Virus record (IMG/VR): IMGVR_UViG_3300011335_000507
Coordinates: 1-35,852 of that record
Length of the DNA stretch: 35,852 nucleotides
Source of the DNA: a virus
Taxonomy: Duplodnaviria > Caudoviricetes
Strand: one strand, 5' to 3'
This document shows positions 1 through 6,434 of the stretch, piece after piece; position 1 is the stretch's first letter, and each line of letters opens with the position of its first letter. The notes under the pieces are model-generated. The model was not told the DNA's origin. It did no database searches and was given only the letters and a program-made list of their open reading frames with translations. The position numbers and the translations under genes are program-made.

Positions 1-127
1 TCCACCGCCAGCGCTTAACAAAATAGCCCTATCAGCGTCAGACAATTTACGCTGGAATTCCACCGTATCCACTTTGCAAGGCCTAACCATGCTTCACCCC
101 TATATTTCAACACCTATCGAATTATCC
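1..127. repeat. Exact direct repeat of 34476-34602 (similarity continues, diverged, to ~360 / ~34827)
   Basis: Base-by-base identity from tccaccgcca to attatcc; first mismatch 128 (a) vs 34603 (g). Confidence 0.95.
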
Positions 128-152
128 ACATAAAACCGCACCAAAACAGTGC

Positions 153-278
153 TGCATCGCTTGTATCGTTGCATCACCCTTAAGGGTGTGATGCGATTCA
201 ATACAAAAAGCTCGCATTTTGCCCCTTTTTGCATCAGTGCATCGATACGCATCGATTCAACCGATTCAACCGATACAA
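153..278. promoter_or_regulatory. Palindrome plus iteron-like array (candidate origin/operator), copy A
   Basis: GCATCA-CCCTTAAGGG-TG-TGATGC (171-194); tandem CGATTCAAC CGATTCAAC CGATACAA (253-278); inverted units at 153-175. Confidence 0.55.
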
Positions 279-410
279 GTAGAATTCTACAAAAGCTAAG
301 GGTAAACCCCTAGAAAATAGTGCAATAAATTCTGTCGCATGTCATAAAATCCGTTACACTCTATCCCATGGTGCAGCACAGTGCAGCACCTAACAACCAA
401 AGGATAGAGC

Positions 411-608
411 ATGAAATTCGCATTCATACCCAAAGCAAGCTACACAATCGGGCAAGTTATCCAAGTACATGGCAAGCCCATGCGCGTGGAAAGCTACCTA
501 CACACTGGCAAGAATGTAACGGTTTGCACTTTACCCGATGCGCCGCGCTTTGAACGCATCGTATGTGTTTGCACTGACGCGCCAGCAATCGAAGGGGTGA
601 CAGCATGA
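411..608 (+). CDS. Early hypothetical protein (65 aa)
   Basis: AAGGA RBS upstream; ATGA overlap with next ORF. Confidence 0.75.
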   Translation: MKFAFIPKASYTIGQVIQVHGKPMRVESYLHTGKNVTVCTLPDAPRFERIVCVCTDAPAIEGVTA

Positions 609-817
609 ATTACGCCAAGCTAGAAAGCCAAGCCGCGACAATGGCCGCTAATGCCAAAAATGGCACGCTAACCCATAGGGGTCATAAATACACACTGACA
701 TTCACGCCTGAATGGGTTTATGTAGTAACTGACAAAGCGGGCGAAGTGTTGACGCGCTTTAATACTAAAAAATTGTCAACTGCGCGCAAATGGCTGCGCG
801 AATACTTGGAGAATTGA
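605..817 (+). CDS. Early hypothetical protein (70 aa)
   Basis: GGGGTG RBS, ATGA coupling. Confidence 0.75.
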   Translation: MNYAKLESQAATMAANAKNGTLTHRGHKYTLTFTPEWVYVVTDKAGEVLTRFNTKKLSTARKWLREYLEN

Positions 818-820
818 ACC

Positions 821-1018
821 ATGCTAACCCTACACAAATCCGCGCACTATGCCGCGCAACTACTCAATAATTCCGGCCTAGTCATTGAGTCAACCCGCAA
901 AGCTGGCGGCGTTCAATTGCGGCCTGACCATCCGCAATACGGCGAATACGTTGATGCGCTGCGCACGGCCATAGACACCGCCGAGGCTGACGCGCTTTGC
1001 CGCGCTTTACTTAATTGA
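821..1018 (+). CDS. Early hypothetical protein (65 aa)
   Basis: GGAG RBS; tight packing. Confidence 0.75.
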   Translation: MLTLHKSAHYAAQLLNNSGLVIESTRKAGGVQLRPDHPQYGEYVDALRTAIDTAEADALCRALLN

Positions 1019-1085
1019 CAGCGCCAGCTACTGCCTATTTTGTAGGCAGTGGCGGGAATTGTCCCGACAACCCTTGGAGAAAATT

Positions 1086-1271
1086 ATGCAAAATATCGAA
1101 AAAAGCGCTTTCCGCCGTGGCGAATATGTGGGCTATGGTGGCGGATACGTTTGGCGCATTCCGGTTAAACAAGGCGGCTACTGGTACGCATACGCGCAGG
1201 GTAGCGCCGACGTATTGCACGGGTTGCGCCTGAAGGACTTACAAACCCAATTGGAAGGGCTAACAAAATGA
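1086..1271 (+). CDS. Early hypothetical protein (61 aa, MQNIEKSAF...)
   Basis: TTGGAGAAAATTATG start signal; aromatic/Gly-rich small protein. Confidence 0.7.
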   Translation: MQNIEKSAFRRGEYVGYGGGYVWRIPVKQGGYWYAYAQGSADVLHGLRLKDLQTQLEGLTK

Positions 1272-1438
1272 ACGCTGCATATTTTGAAATCATGCGCGCT
1301 GCTTTGCGCCAGTCCAGCGGGCGCATCCATGGCAACTGGTGCCCCCTGCACTATTTCCAGGCCTGCATATCCATGGCCGGGCGAAAAGTGCCTGGCCGTA
1401 TGCCCCATGAACGCATCATCTTAGGTTACACACCCTAG
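1268..1438 (+). CDS. Early hypothetical protein (56 aa, MNAAYFEIMR...; not in ORF track)
   Basis: ATGA overlap with previous stop; open to TAG 1436-1438. Confidence 0.55.
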   Translation: MNAAYFEIMRAALRQSSGRIHGNWCPLHYFQACISMAGRKVPGRMPHERIILGYTP

Positions 1439-1512
1439 TACACCCTGCAAGCCCTGCGCGCCAGGGTTTACGGGTTTGCACTATCGCAAGCCTTAATTAA
1501 TTGGAGAAAATT

Positions 1513-1779
1513 ATGCAGAACCGCGTTACTGAAAAGCACTTGCAAGCCATAGTTGATAGACTAAACCGCATTACTGGTTCACCTATGAAGCCATACGAAG
1601 GCAACAAGGCACAAATAGGTAATTACCATCTTTCCCATGCTTATGGCGGCGTATGCCTGCACCGCATGGTTAATGAAAACGGCGGAGTATCTAGCCCGCT
1701 GTCTACCGGCCATATTCCCAAGCGCGAATTACAGGGTTTGCTTTATGCATTTATTTCAGGCATAGAGGTGACAGCATGA
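1513..1779 (+). CDS. Early hypothetical protein (88 aa, MQNRVTEKHL...)
   Basis: Same TTGGAGAAAATTATG start signal as 1086. Confidence 0.75.
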   Translation: MQNRVTEKHLQAIVDRLNRITGSPMKPYEGNKAQIGNYHLSHAYGGVCLHRMVNENGGVSSPLSTGHIPKRELQGLLYAFISGIEVTA

Positions 1780-1925
1780 TTAAATTTCGATGGGAAAAAA
1801 CGGACTATGGCTATAACGTATGGGCCAAAAAACCCGATTCACGGGCTTACATTTATTTCGGGCATTTTCGGACTAAAAAAAGCGCACTAGAACAATATGA
1901 TGCGGAGCAGTGCAATTATGAGTAA
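1776..1925 (+). CDS. Early hypothetical protein (49 aa, MIKFRWEKTD...; not in ORF track)
   Basis: GAGGTG RBS, ATGA overlap. Confidence 0.6.
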   Translation: MIKFRWEKTDYGYNVWAKKPDSRAYIYFGHFRTKKSALEQYDAEQCNYE

Positions 1926-2100
1926 CTCTATGCACCCCATATTCCAAGCCATATTGCGCCCCTACATGCCACCCAAGCCCACGCCCACACCAGAGGCCAT
2001 AGATAAGGCCATGCTGGCCGATAAGCTGGCGGATGGGTACAACCTACGCAATATTGAACGGGCTATTAGATTGGAACAACAAAATGCGACAACACTATAA
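1918..2100 (+). CDS. Early hypothetical protein with Pro-rich linker (start 1918 or 1930)
   Basis: GGAG upstream; fills gap in operon. Confidence 0.6.
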   Translation: MSNSMHPIFQAILRPYMPPKPTPTPEAIDKAMLADKLADGYNLRNIERAIRLEQQNATTL

Positions 2101-2191
2101 ACCCGAGCCCAAGCGTTACCCTATGGCCGATATAGCTTTGGCCTTTGCTATCGGGCTTGCCCTGGCCGTCCTATTGGTGGGCTACCTATGA
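2084..2191 (+). CDS. Small single-pass membrane protein (35 aa)
   Basis: MRQHYKPEPKRYPMADIALAFAIGLALAVLLVGYL*; C-terminal hydrophobic helix. Confidence 0.55.
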   Translation: MRQHYKPEPKRYPMADIALAFAIGLALAVLLVGYL

Positions 2192-2249
2192 TCTACGCAG
2201 CCCTAGCTATGATCCTAAAAATTATCCTAGGCAAGCGTTAGCCCAAGCC

Positions 2250-2642
2250 CTACCAGTCCCCAAGCCCCAAGCCCGCGTTATCCGTGGGCTTTTTTATGCC
2301 CTCGATCTGGCGCTTGGCATCCTCAAAGCCCCGACCTATGATTACTTTGTGGCCGATACCCTCTAGATATGCGATCCAGTCCCTTTGCACTGGCGACACT
2401 ACGCCGCCCGTGCTGCGCTTCATTTCAACCCATAGGCACCAGGCGGGCACGAATAAATCAGGCACGCCAGCGCTTACCCCTTCGGTTTTCAGTGCTGCGC
2501 CCTGGGCCATGCTACGGCCACCACCATTAGGTATCGCAAAGATGCGGACGCTGGGGTGAGTCCTACGAAACCAAGACACTAGGCGCACTTGCTCTAGGTG
2601 TTCTGAGGGCTGGGTTTCGGGTTTAGGTTTAAGTTTAGGCAT
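2250..2642 (-). CDS. VRR-NUC domain nuclease (likely start MPKLKPKPE at 2642; track start 2696)
   Basis: SEHLEQ...IFAIPNGG...GVSAGVPDL...VEMK...SPVQRDW motif set of VRR-NUC PD-(D/E)XK nucleases. Confidence 0.85.
   Translation of the reverse strand: MPKLKPKPETQPSEHLEQVRLVSWFRRTHPSVRIFAIPNGGGRSMAQGAALKTEGVSAGVPDLFVPAWCLWVEMKRSTGGVVSPVQRDWIAYLEGIGHKVIIGRGFEDAKRQIEGIKKPTDNAGLGLGDW
2269..2295 (+). terminator. Rho-independent terminator ending early transcript
   Basis: AAGCCCGCG-TTATC-CGTGGGCTT followed by T run, at convergence with leftward operon. Confidence 0.7.
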
Positions 2643-2674
2643 GGGTTTCGGGTTTGGGTTCGGGTTCGGGTTTA
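2612..2674 (-). repeat. Degenerate AACCC(G/A)/AAACCT hexamer tandem repeat
   Basis: TAAACCCGAACCCGAACCCAAACCCGAAACCC then CCTAAACTTAAACCTAAACCCGAAACCC on minus strand. Confidence 0.7.
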
Positions 2675-2869
2675 GAAGGGAATTTCCCATTCCCACAAGG
2701 CGCAGCCACCTGGCTCATTCGCAAATTCTGGTGGTGGCGCTTCGCTAAATTTAACGCAAATTCCCTCTTTGCTGTAATGGTCGCAAGTGTGGCACACCCT
2801 TGGAGGCTCGGCTCTGAGGGTATTTCGGTATAGAGTTACGATCTCGGGTTCTGGGTGTCTCATGTCCAT
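2672..2869 (-). CDS. Small Cys-rich (putative metal-binding) protein downstream of helicase
   Basis: CHTCDHY-x5-C...C pattern; overlaps helicase 3' end. Confidence 0.75.
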   Translation of the reverse strand: MDMRHPEPEIVTLYRNTLRAEPPRVCHTCDHYSKEGICVKFSEAPPPEFANEPGGCALWEWEIPF

Positions 2870-5274
2870 GTCCTTTTTAGTACGGTGAAAAATTTACCCT
2901 CGCGCCTGAATTCAATGGCGCTCGGTGGCTGGCCTTCGGTTAGTGCTTGCGCCATCTCATGCAGTTCTGCGGTGCCATAGTCCAGCACCACGCCTGCCTT
3001 ATAAGCTATGTCGGCCAGCAATCGGCGGCTCTTTTCACCTGCATAGCCATCGTGGGTTACGGCCAGGTATTCGGTCACTGGTGGGTCACTCAGGCTACCG
3101 TAGTACGTTAACGATAGCATTTCTTTGCCACTGGCTCGGCTTATGTGCTTGCGCCATGTCCAGGTGCTTACCTCAAAGTCAACGCCCTCTACGCCCATGA
3201 TGTCTAAATTGTGCAGTCGCAGCATTGGGCGCTCGGGTTCGGGGAATGGTTCACCGCAGGCTGGGCACTCCCTCACGCTCAAGTGGCATATCTCTTGGCA
3301 GTGGTCGCAAACCTTAACTGGTGCCTCGCCCACTTTGTCGCCCTTCTTTGGTGGTGGGATTACGGCGGTAATCGGCCCATGCTGCTCCACCACGCCAGCA
3401 AAGTCCAGCACTAAGCAATCGGTTTTGCCTTCGGCTATGCGTAATCCTCGCCCTGCCATCTGGACGTAAAGCCCTGGGGACATAGTTGGGCGCAGCATGG
3501 CTATCAGATCAATGCCTGGCGCGTCAAAGCCGGTGGTCAGTACATTGGCGTTAGTTAGTGCCTGAATGCGCCCTGCCTTGAATTCTTTGAGCATCCGGTC
3601 ACGCTCGGCGCTTGGTGTCTCGCCGGTCACGCAATCAGCCACAATGCCCTCATCTTGCAGCGCTTCTTTAATATGCTGAGCATGGGCCACGCCAGCGCAG
3701 AAAATCAGCCATGATTTACGTTCATGCCCCAAGCGCACAATTTCGGCCACTACCTTTCGGTTCTTGTCGGTGGTATCTACCGCTGCCTGTAATTCGGCCT
3801 CGATGTACTCGCCGCCACGCTTATGCACACCATCCACTTCCAGTTTGGTGCGCGTGATCTTGCTTCGCAGGGTTGATAGATAGCCTTTGAAAATCAATTC
3901 CTCTATGCTTACTGGCTCGATCAGCGCGTCAAAGATGGCTGGCTTGTCGGTGATGTAACCATGCCCTAGCCGGTACGGTGTGGCCGTCAGTCCTATCACC
4001 CTAACATTTGCGTTTGTCTGATAGATGTCTGATAGCAGTGTCCGATAGCCGCCCTCGTCCTTGTGTCCAATAAGGTGGCAATTATGTGCAGCTATTCCAT
4101 TAGCGAAGTAAGAAGGATGTCCACTGACTTGAAGGTTGAATACAAGTACAGGGCTTTCTCGTTTGATACGCGATACACGCGCCACCCGAGGCCCGCAAGA
4201 TATTGGTCTTTCTTCCTGTCCTGCATTTTCCTCTCGTCGCTGCCATGACTTCCCCCATCCAATTCGATGCAAATCATCTTTTTTGGATAGCAGATGTCCA
4301 CCTTGTAGGCATTCGGATATGTCCCGTTCAAATGTCCCGCTTTGGTCTTGATTGCATATTCTGCTATCCATCCTTCCCCCAACGCATGAAGTAGTGCTAA
4401 TTGTGGCAAAGGCAGCAATTGCCCGTTTCCTCCACGCTGAATAGGTTGATGCCTGATTCTTTTTAGAGTTTCCCGCATTCGTTTGCGTGCTTCTGCATTC
4501 AGAACCGTCGGGTGTGATTTCTTTGCACACTTCACGGAGCAATAATTCTGCTTTTCCCAAAATGGTTCCGACATTGCTGAAATTACTTTTCCGCTGTCGT
4601 CCTTTTTGATCCAAGGTCTGAACTCTGCTCCACAAGCGGGACATATCTTCAATGCGGAAAAGAGGCGTTCCGATCTCCAATTTTTCTGCTTTTTGCCATC
4701 CATCGTCGGTAAAAATTGGGTGATTGCCGGTGCATTCAAATTTGGTTCCATCATCAAGCTCCACAAATAAAGTTTCTAAAACACTACGGCAGCTAACGGC
4801 CTCTACCGTGCCAACTCCGCGTGTATTAAATACTAAGTCACCGCACCTCACTTTGTCAATGTCTATTTGTCCTTTCGGTGTTGAAATTTTGGTTCCAGCA
4901 ACAAAGCATTCATCTATGATTACCAGGTCGCAATGGCCGATCTGTTTGGCCTTGGAGCGCACTGATTGAATTCCTGCGAAGGTTATTGGCTCACCGAGTT
5001 CCTTGCGGCCAAGCCCAGCAGAATAGATGCCAAGCGGGCAGTTAGGCCAGTGCTGGCGCATCTTTTCGGCGTTCTGGACAATCAATTCCTTGACATGGGT
5101 TAGCATAAGAATGCGAGTTTCCGGCCATGTTTGCAGCGCGTCCTTGCACAGCGCCGCAATGATGTGACTCTTTCCTGACCCAGTAGGCAGCACCAGGCAT
5201 GGGTTGCCCGTATTGCCTGCCTCAAACCATGCGTAGAGTTGGTCAATGGTGCGCTGTTGGTATTCCCTCAACAT
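2860..5274 (-). CDS. SF2 DExH helicase (SSL2/RadD-like, C-terminal Zn finger), intein-containing; 528 aa after splicing
   Basis: LREYQ Q-motif, PTGSGKS Walker A, VIIDE|CH motif II split by intein, LTATP motif III, LTTGFDAP, QMAGRGLR motif VI, CDHC...CPAC. Confidence 0.95.
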   Translation of the reverse strand: MLREYQQRTIDQLYAWFEAGNTGNPCLVLPTGSGKSHIIAALCKDALQTWPETRILMLTHVKELIVQNAEKMRQHWPNCPLGIYSAGLGRKELGEPITFAGIQSVRSKAKQIGHCDLVIIDECFVAGTKISTPKGQIDIDKVRCGDLVFNTRGVGTVEAVSCRSVLETLFVELDDGTKFECTGNHPIFTDDGWQKAEKLEIGTPLFRIEDMSRLWSRVQTLDQKGRQRKSNFSNVGTILGKAELLLREVCKEITPDGSECRSTQTNAGNSKKNQASTYSAWRKRAIAAFATISTTSCVGGRMDSRICNQDQSGTFERDISECLQGGHLLSKKDDLHRIGWGKSWQRREENAGQEERPISCGPRVARVSRIKRESPVLVFNLQVSGHPSYFANGIAAHNCHLIGHKDEGGYRTLLSDIYQTNANVRVIGLTATPYRLGHGYITDKPAIFDALIEPVSIEELIFKGYLSTLRSKITRTKLEVDGVHKRGGEYIEAELQAAVDTTDKNRKVVAEIVRLGHERKSWLIFCAGVAHAQHIKEALQDEGIVADCVTGETPSAERDRMLKEFKAGRIQALTNANVLTTGFDAPGIDLIAMLRPTMSPGLYVQMAGRGLRIAEGKTDCLVLDFAGVVEQHGPITAVIPPPKKGDKVGEAPVKVCDHCQEICHLSVRECPACGEPFPEPERPMLRLHNLDIMGVEGVDFEVSTWTWRKHISRASGKEMLSLTYYGSLSDPPVTEYLAVTHDGYAGEKSRRLLADIAYKAGVVLDYGTAELHEMAQALTEGQPPSAIEFRREGKFFTVLKRTWT
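4081..4908 (-). mobile_element. Intein (276 aa, helicase residues 123-398)
   Basis: Starts CFVAGTKI (block A), CTGNHPIF (block B TxxH), VFNLQVSGHPSYFANGIAAHN (blocks F/G), +1 residue Cys; excision restores DECH. Confidence 0.95.
4092..4751 (-). CDS. Nested +1-frame endonuclease: Zn-binding N-terminus + Vsr/DUF559-type catalytic domain (start 4754/4751 or 4703)
   Basis: CPACG...YCSVKC; YKVDICYPKKMICIELDGGSH...QDRKKDQYLAGLGWRVYRVSN; GGAG 7 nt before ATG 4751; TAG at 4094-4092, wholly inside the intein. Confidence 0.85.
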   Translation of the reverse strand: MEPNLNAPAITQFLPTMDGKKQKNWRSERLFSALKICPACGAEFRPWIKKDDSGKVISAMSEPFWEKQNYCSVKCAKKSHPTVLNAEARKRMRETLKRIRHQPIQRGGNGQLLPLPQLALLHALGEGWIAEYAIKTKAGHLNGTYPNAYKVDICYPKKMICIELDGGSHGSDERKMQDRKKDQYLAGLGWRVYRVSNEKALYLYSTFKSVDILLTSLME

Positions 5275-6281
5275 ACGATTCGGCCACCAAAATCTTTACG
5301 CATATCGGCAATAAACTGATTGCCGCTACCGCAAGCCCCAGCATTGGCAAGCAACTCCTTGCTGCTATACACACCCTCGCCTGGCTCACCATTAGCCAAG
5401 CCCTGCCCGTTGATCTCGTAGACGGCCACCCAATCGCTAGGGCTTTCTATGCGCTTCCACGGCACCAGGTCAGGGTGCAACACATGGGCCTCGCAGCCGG
5501 TATGCTGGGCATCAATTGGCACACTGGCGTCCCACTTGGCGCAGTGCCAGGTGCTGTCAGCCAATGGCGTTACATGGGCACAGGTTCGGCAGTTGACCTC
5601 TTTGGTGGTCTTGCTGCCGTGGCAGAAGTCATGGCCCGCGCACATTTTGCACTCAAACCACGTTGGGTCGGTGCTTATCGGTGGCGGCAGGTAGGCAGCC
5701 AGAGTTAGACGCTGGCCGCGCTTGATAGCCTTTTCTGCATGGTCGCGGTCATACTCTAGGCGCTCGGTGTATATGCGGTCATCATCCTTGCAGATAGCCA
5801 CATACAGCGCACGTTTCAACTCGGTGCCGTGCATATAGACCTGACACTGGGTGAAATGCATGGGCTTGGACTTGGCTACGCCATTTTTCTCCAAGTCATT
5901 GAACGACTTTAGGCTATGGGTTTTGAATTCCAAAACGTGTTCAGCCTTTGGCGCACCAGGTACGCCTTTACCGATACCGTCTAGGCTTCCCGACACATGG
6001 CTTCCAAAGTCAACCCTTAGCTGGGTTCCTGATACGCTCATGCCAATGGCCCGCAGGTCGCTGACAATGGTGGCTTCCTCATTGTTGCCACGGCGAAACA
6101 GGCGCAGTATCCGTCCTTTGAATTGTTCCTGCACCGCCCAGCGAAACGATAGCCAAAGCCAGCGTTCGCAGTGGTGGCCCAAGGTGCTGCATCCCATGTG
6201 GGAGCGAGGCTTCTCTAGCCGTGCCTCATGCGCTTGGTCAATCAGGGAAGTTATGGTAATCTCTGGTTCAGGTATTTTCAT
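5268..6281 (-). CDS. Cas4-like PD-(D/E)XK exonuclease with Cys clusters
   Basis: HCERWLW, GSLDG, LEFKT, QCQVYM, CKMC-x4-FC, CRTC. Confidence 0.8.
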   Translation of the reverse strand: MKIPEPEITITSLIDQAHEARLEKPRSHMGCSTLGHHCERWLWLSFRWAVQEQFKGRILRLFRRGNNEEATIVSDLRAIGMSVSGTQLRVDFGSHVSGSLDGIGKGVPGAPKAEHVLEFKTHSLKSFNDLEKNGVAKSKPMHFTQCQVYMHGTELKRALYVAICKDDDRIYTERLEYDRDHAEKAIKRGQRLTLAAYLPPPISTDPTWFECKMCAGHDFCHGSKTTKEVNCRTCAHVTPLADSTWHCAKWDASVPIDAQHTGCEAHVLHPDLVPWKRIESPSDWVAVYEINGQGLANGEPGEGVYSSKELLANAGACGSGNQFIADMRKDFGGRIVC

Positions 6282-6306
6282 GTGTGTTCTCCTGTGTTGG
6301 TCAATT

Positions 6307-6337
6307 GACCCCGCCTTAATCAGCGGGGTCTTTTTTT
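6307..6337 (+). terminator. Terminator-like hairpin with T-tract on the + strand
   Basis: GACCCCGC-CTTAATCA-GCGGGGTC-TTTTTTT. Confidence 0.6.
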
Positions 6338-6342
6338 ATGGT

Positions 6343-6429
6343 GGGGGTACTCGCTGCACTGCGCTTGTCACCATTACGGTGCTGGTCACCGGCAATTTTC
6401 CCGATAGGCACAGCATCCGCTTTCCCCCC
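6343..6429 (-). ncRNA. Candidate structured RNA (loop-E-like internal loop, three-way junction)
   Basis: GGGG-GAAA-GC-GGA-UG-CUGUGC...GCGCAG-UGCA-GC-GAGUA-CCCC with two inner hairpins; intergenic. Confidence 0.5.
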
Positions 6430-6434
6430 GAAAC

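Noticed and set aside
230-278. Short repeats as CRISPR array
   Set aside because: Units are 8-10 nt with no spacers.
594-608. Recurrent G(A/G)GGT(G/A)ACAGCATGA junction (594-608, 1765-1779, and 7290-7304 on minus)
   Set aside because: Adequately explained by Shine-Dalgarno plus ATGA translational coupling.
1-2189. Apparent absence of GATC in early regions (also 33994-35852)
   Set aside because: By-eye count only, and ~10040-13620 also seems to lack GATC, so it is not specific to first-injected DNA; needs a proper k-mer test.
4081-4908. Group I intron or assembly frameshift as explanation of the helicase insertion
   Set aside because: Insertion is in frame, has intact intein blocks with C1, HN end and +1 Cys; both frames carry conserved motifs over the same bases.
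5268-6281. Cas4-like nuclease as CRISPR-associated gene
   Set aside because: No array or other cas genes; sits in an ordinary phage recombination module.
6343-6429. tRNA or known small ribozyme
   Set aside because: No T-psi-C/D arms or CCA; lacks hammerhead, twister or HDV core motifs that I can recognise.
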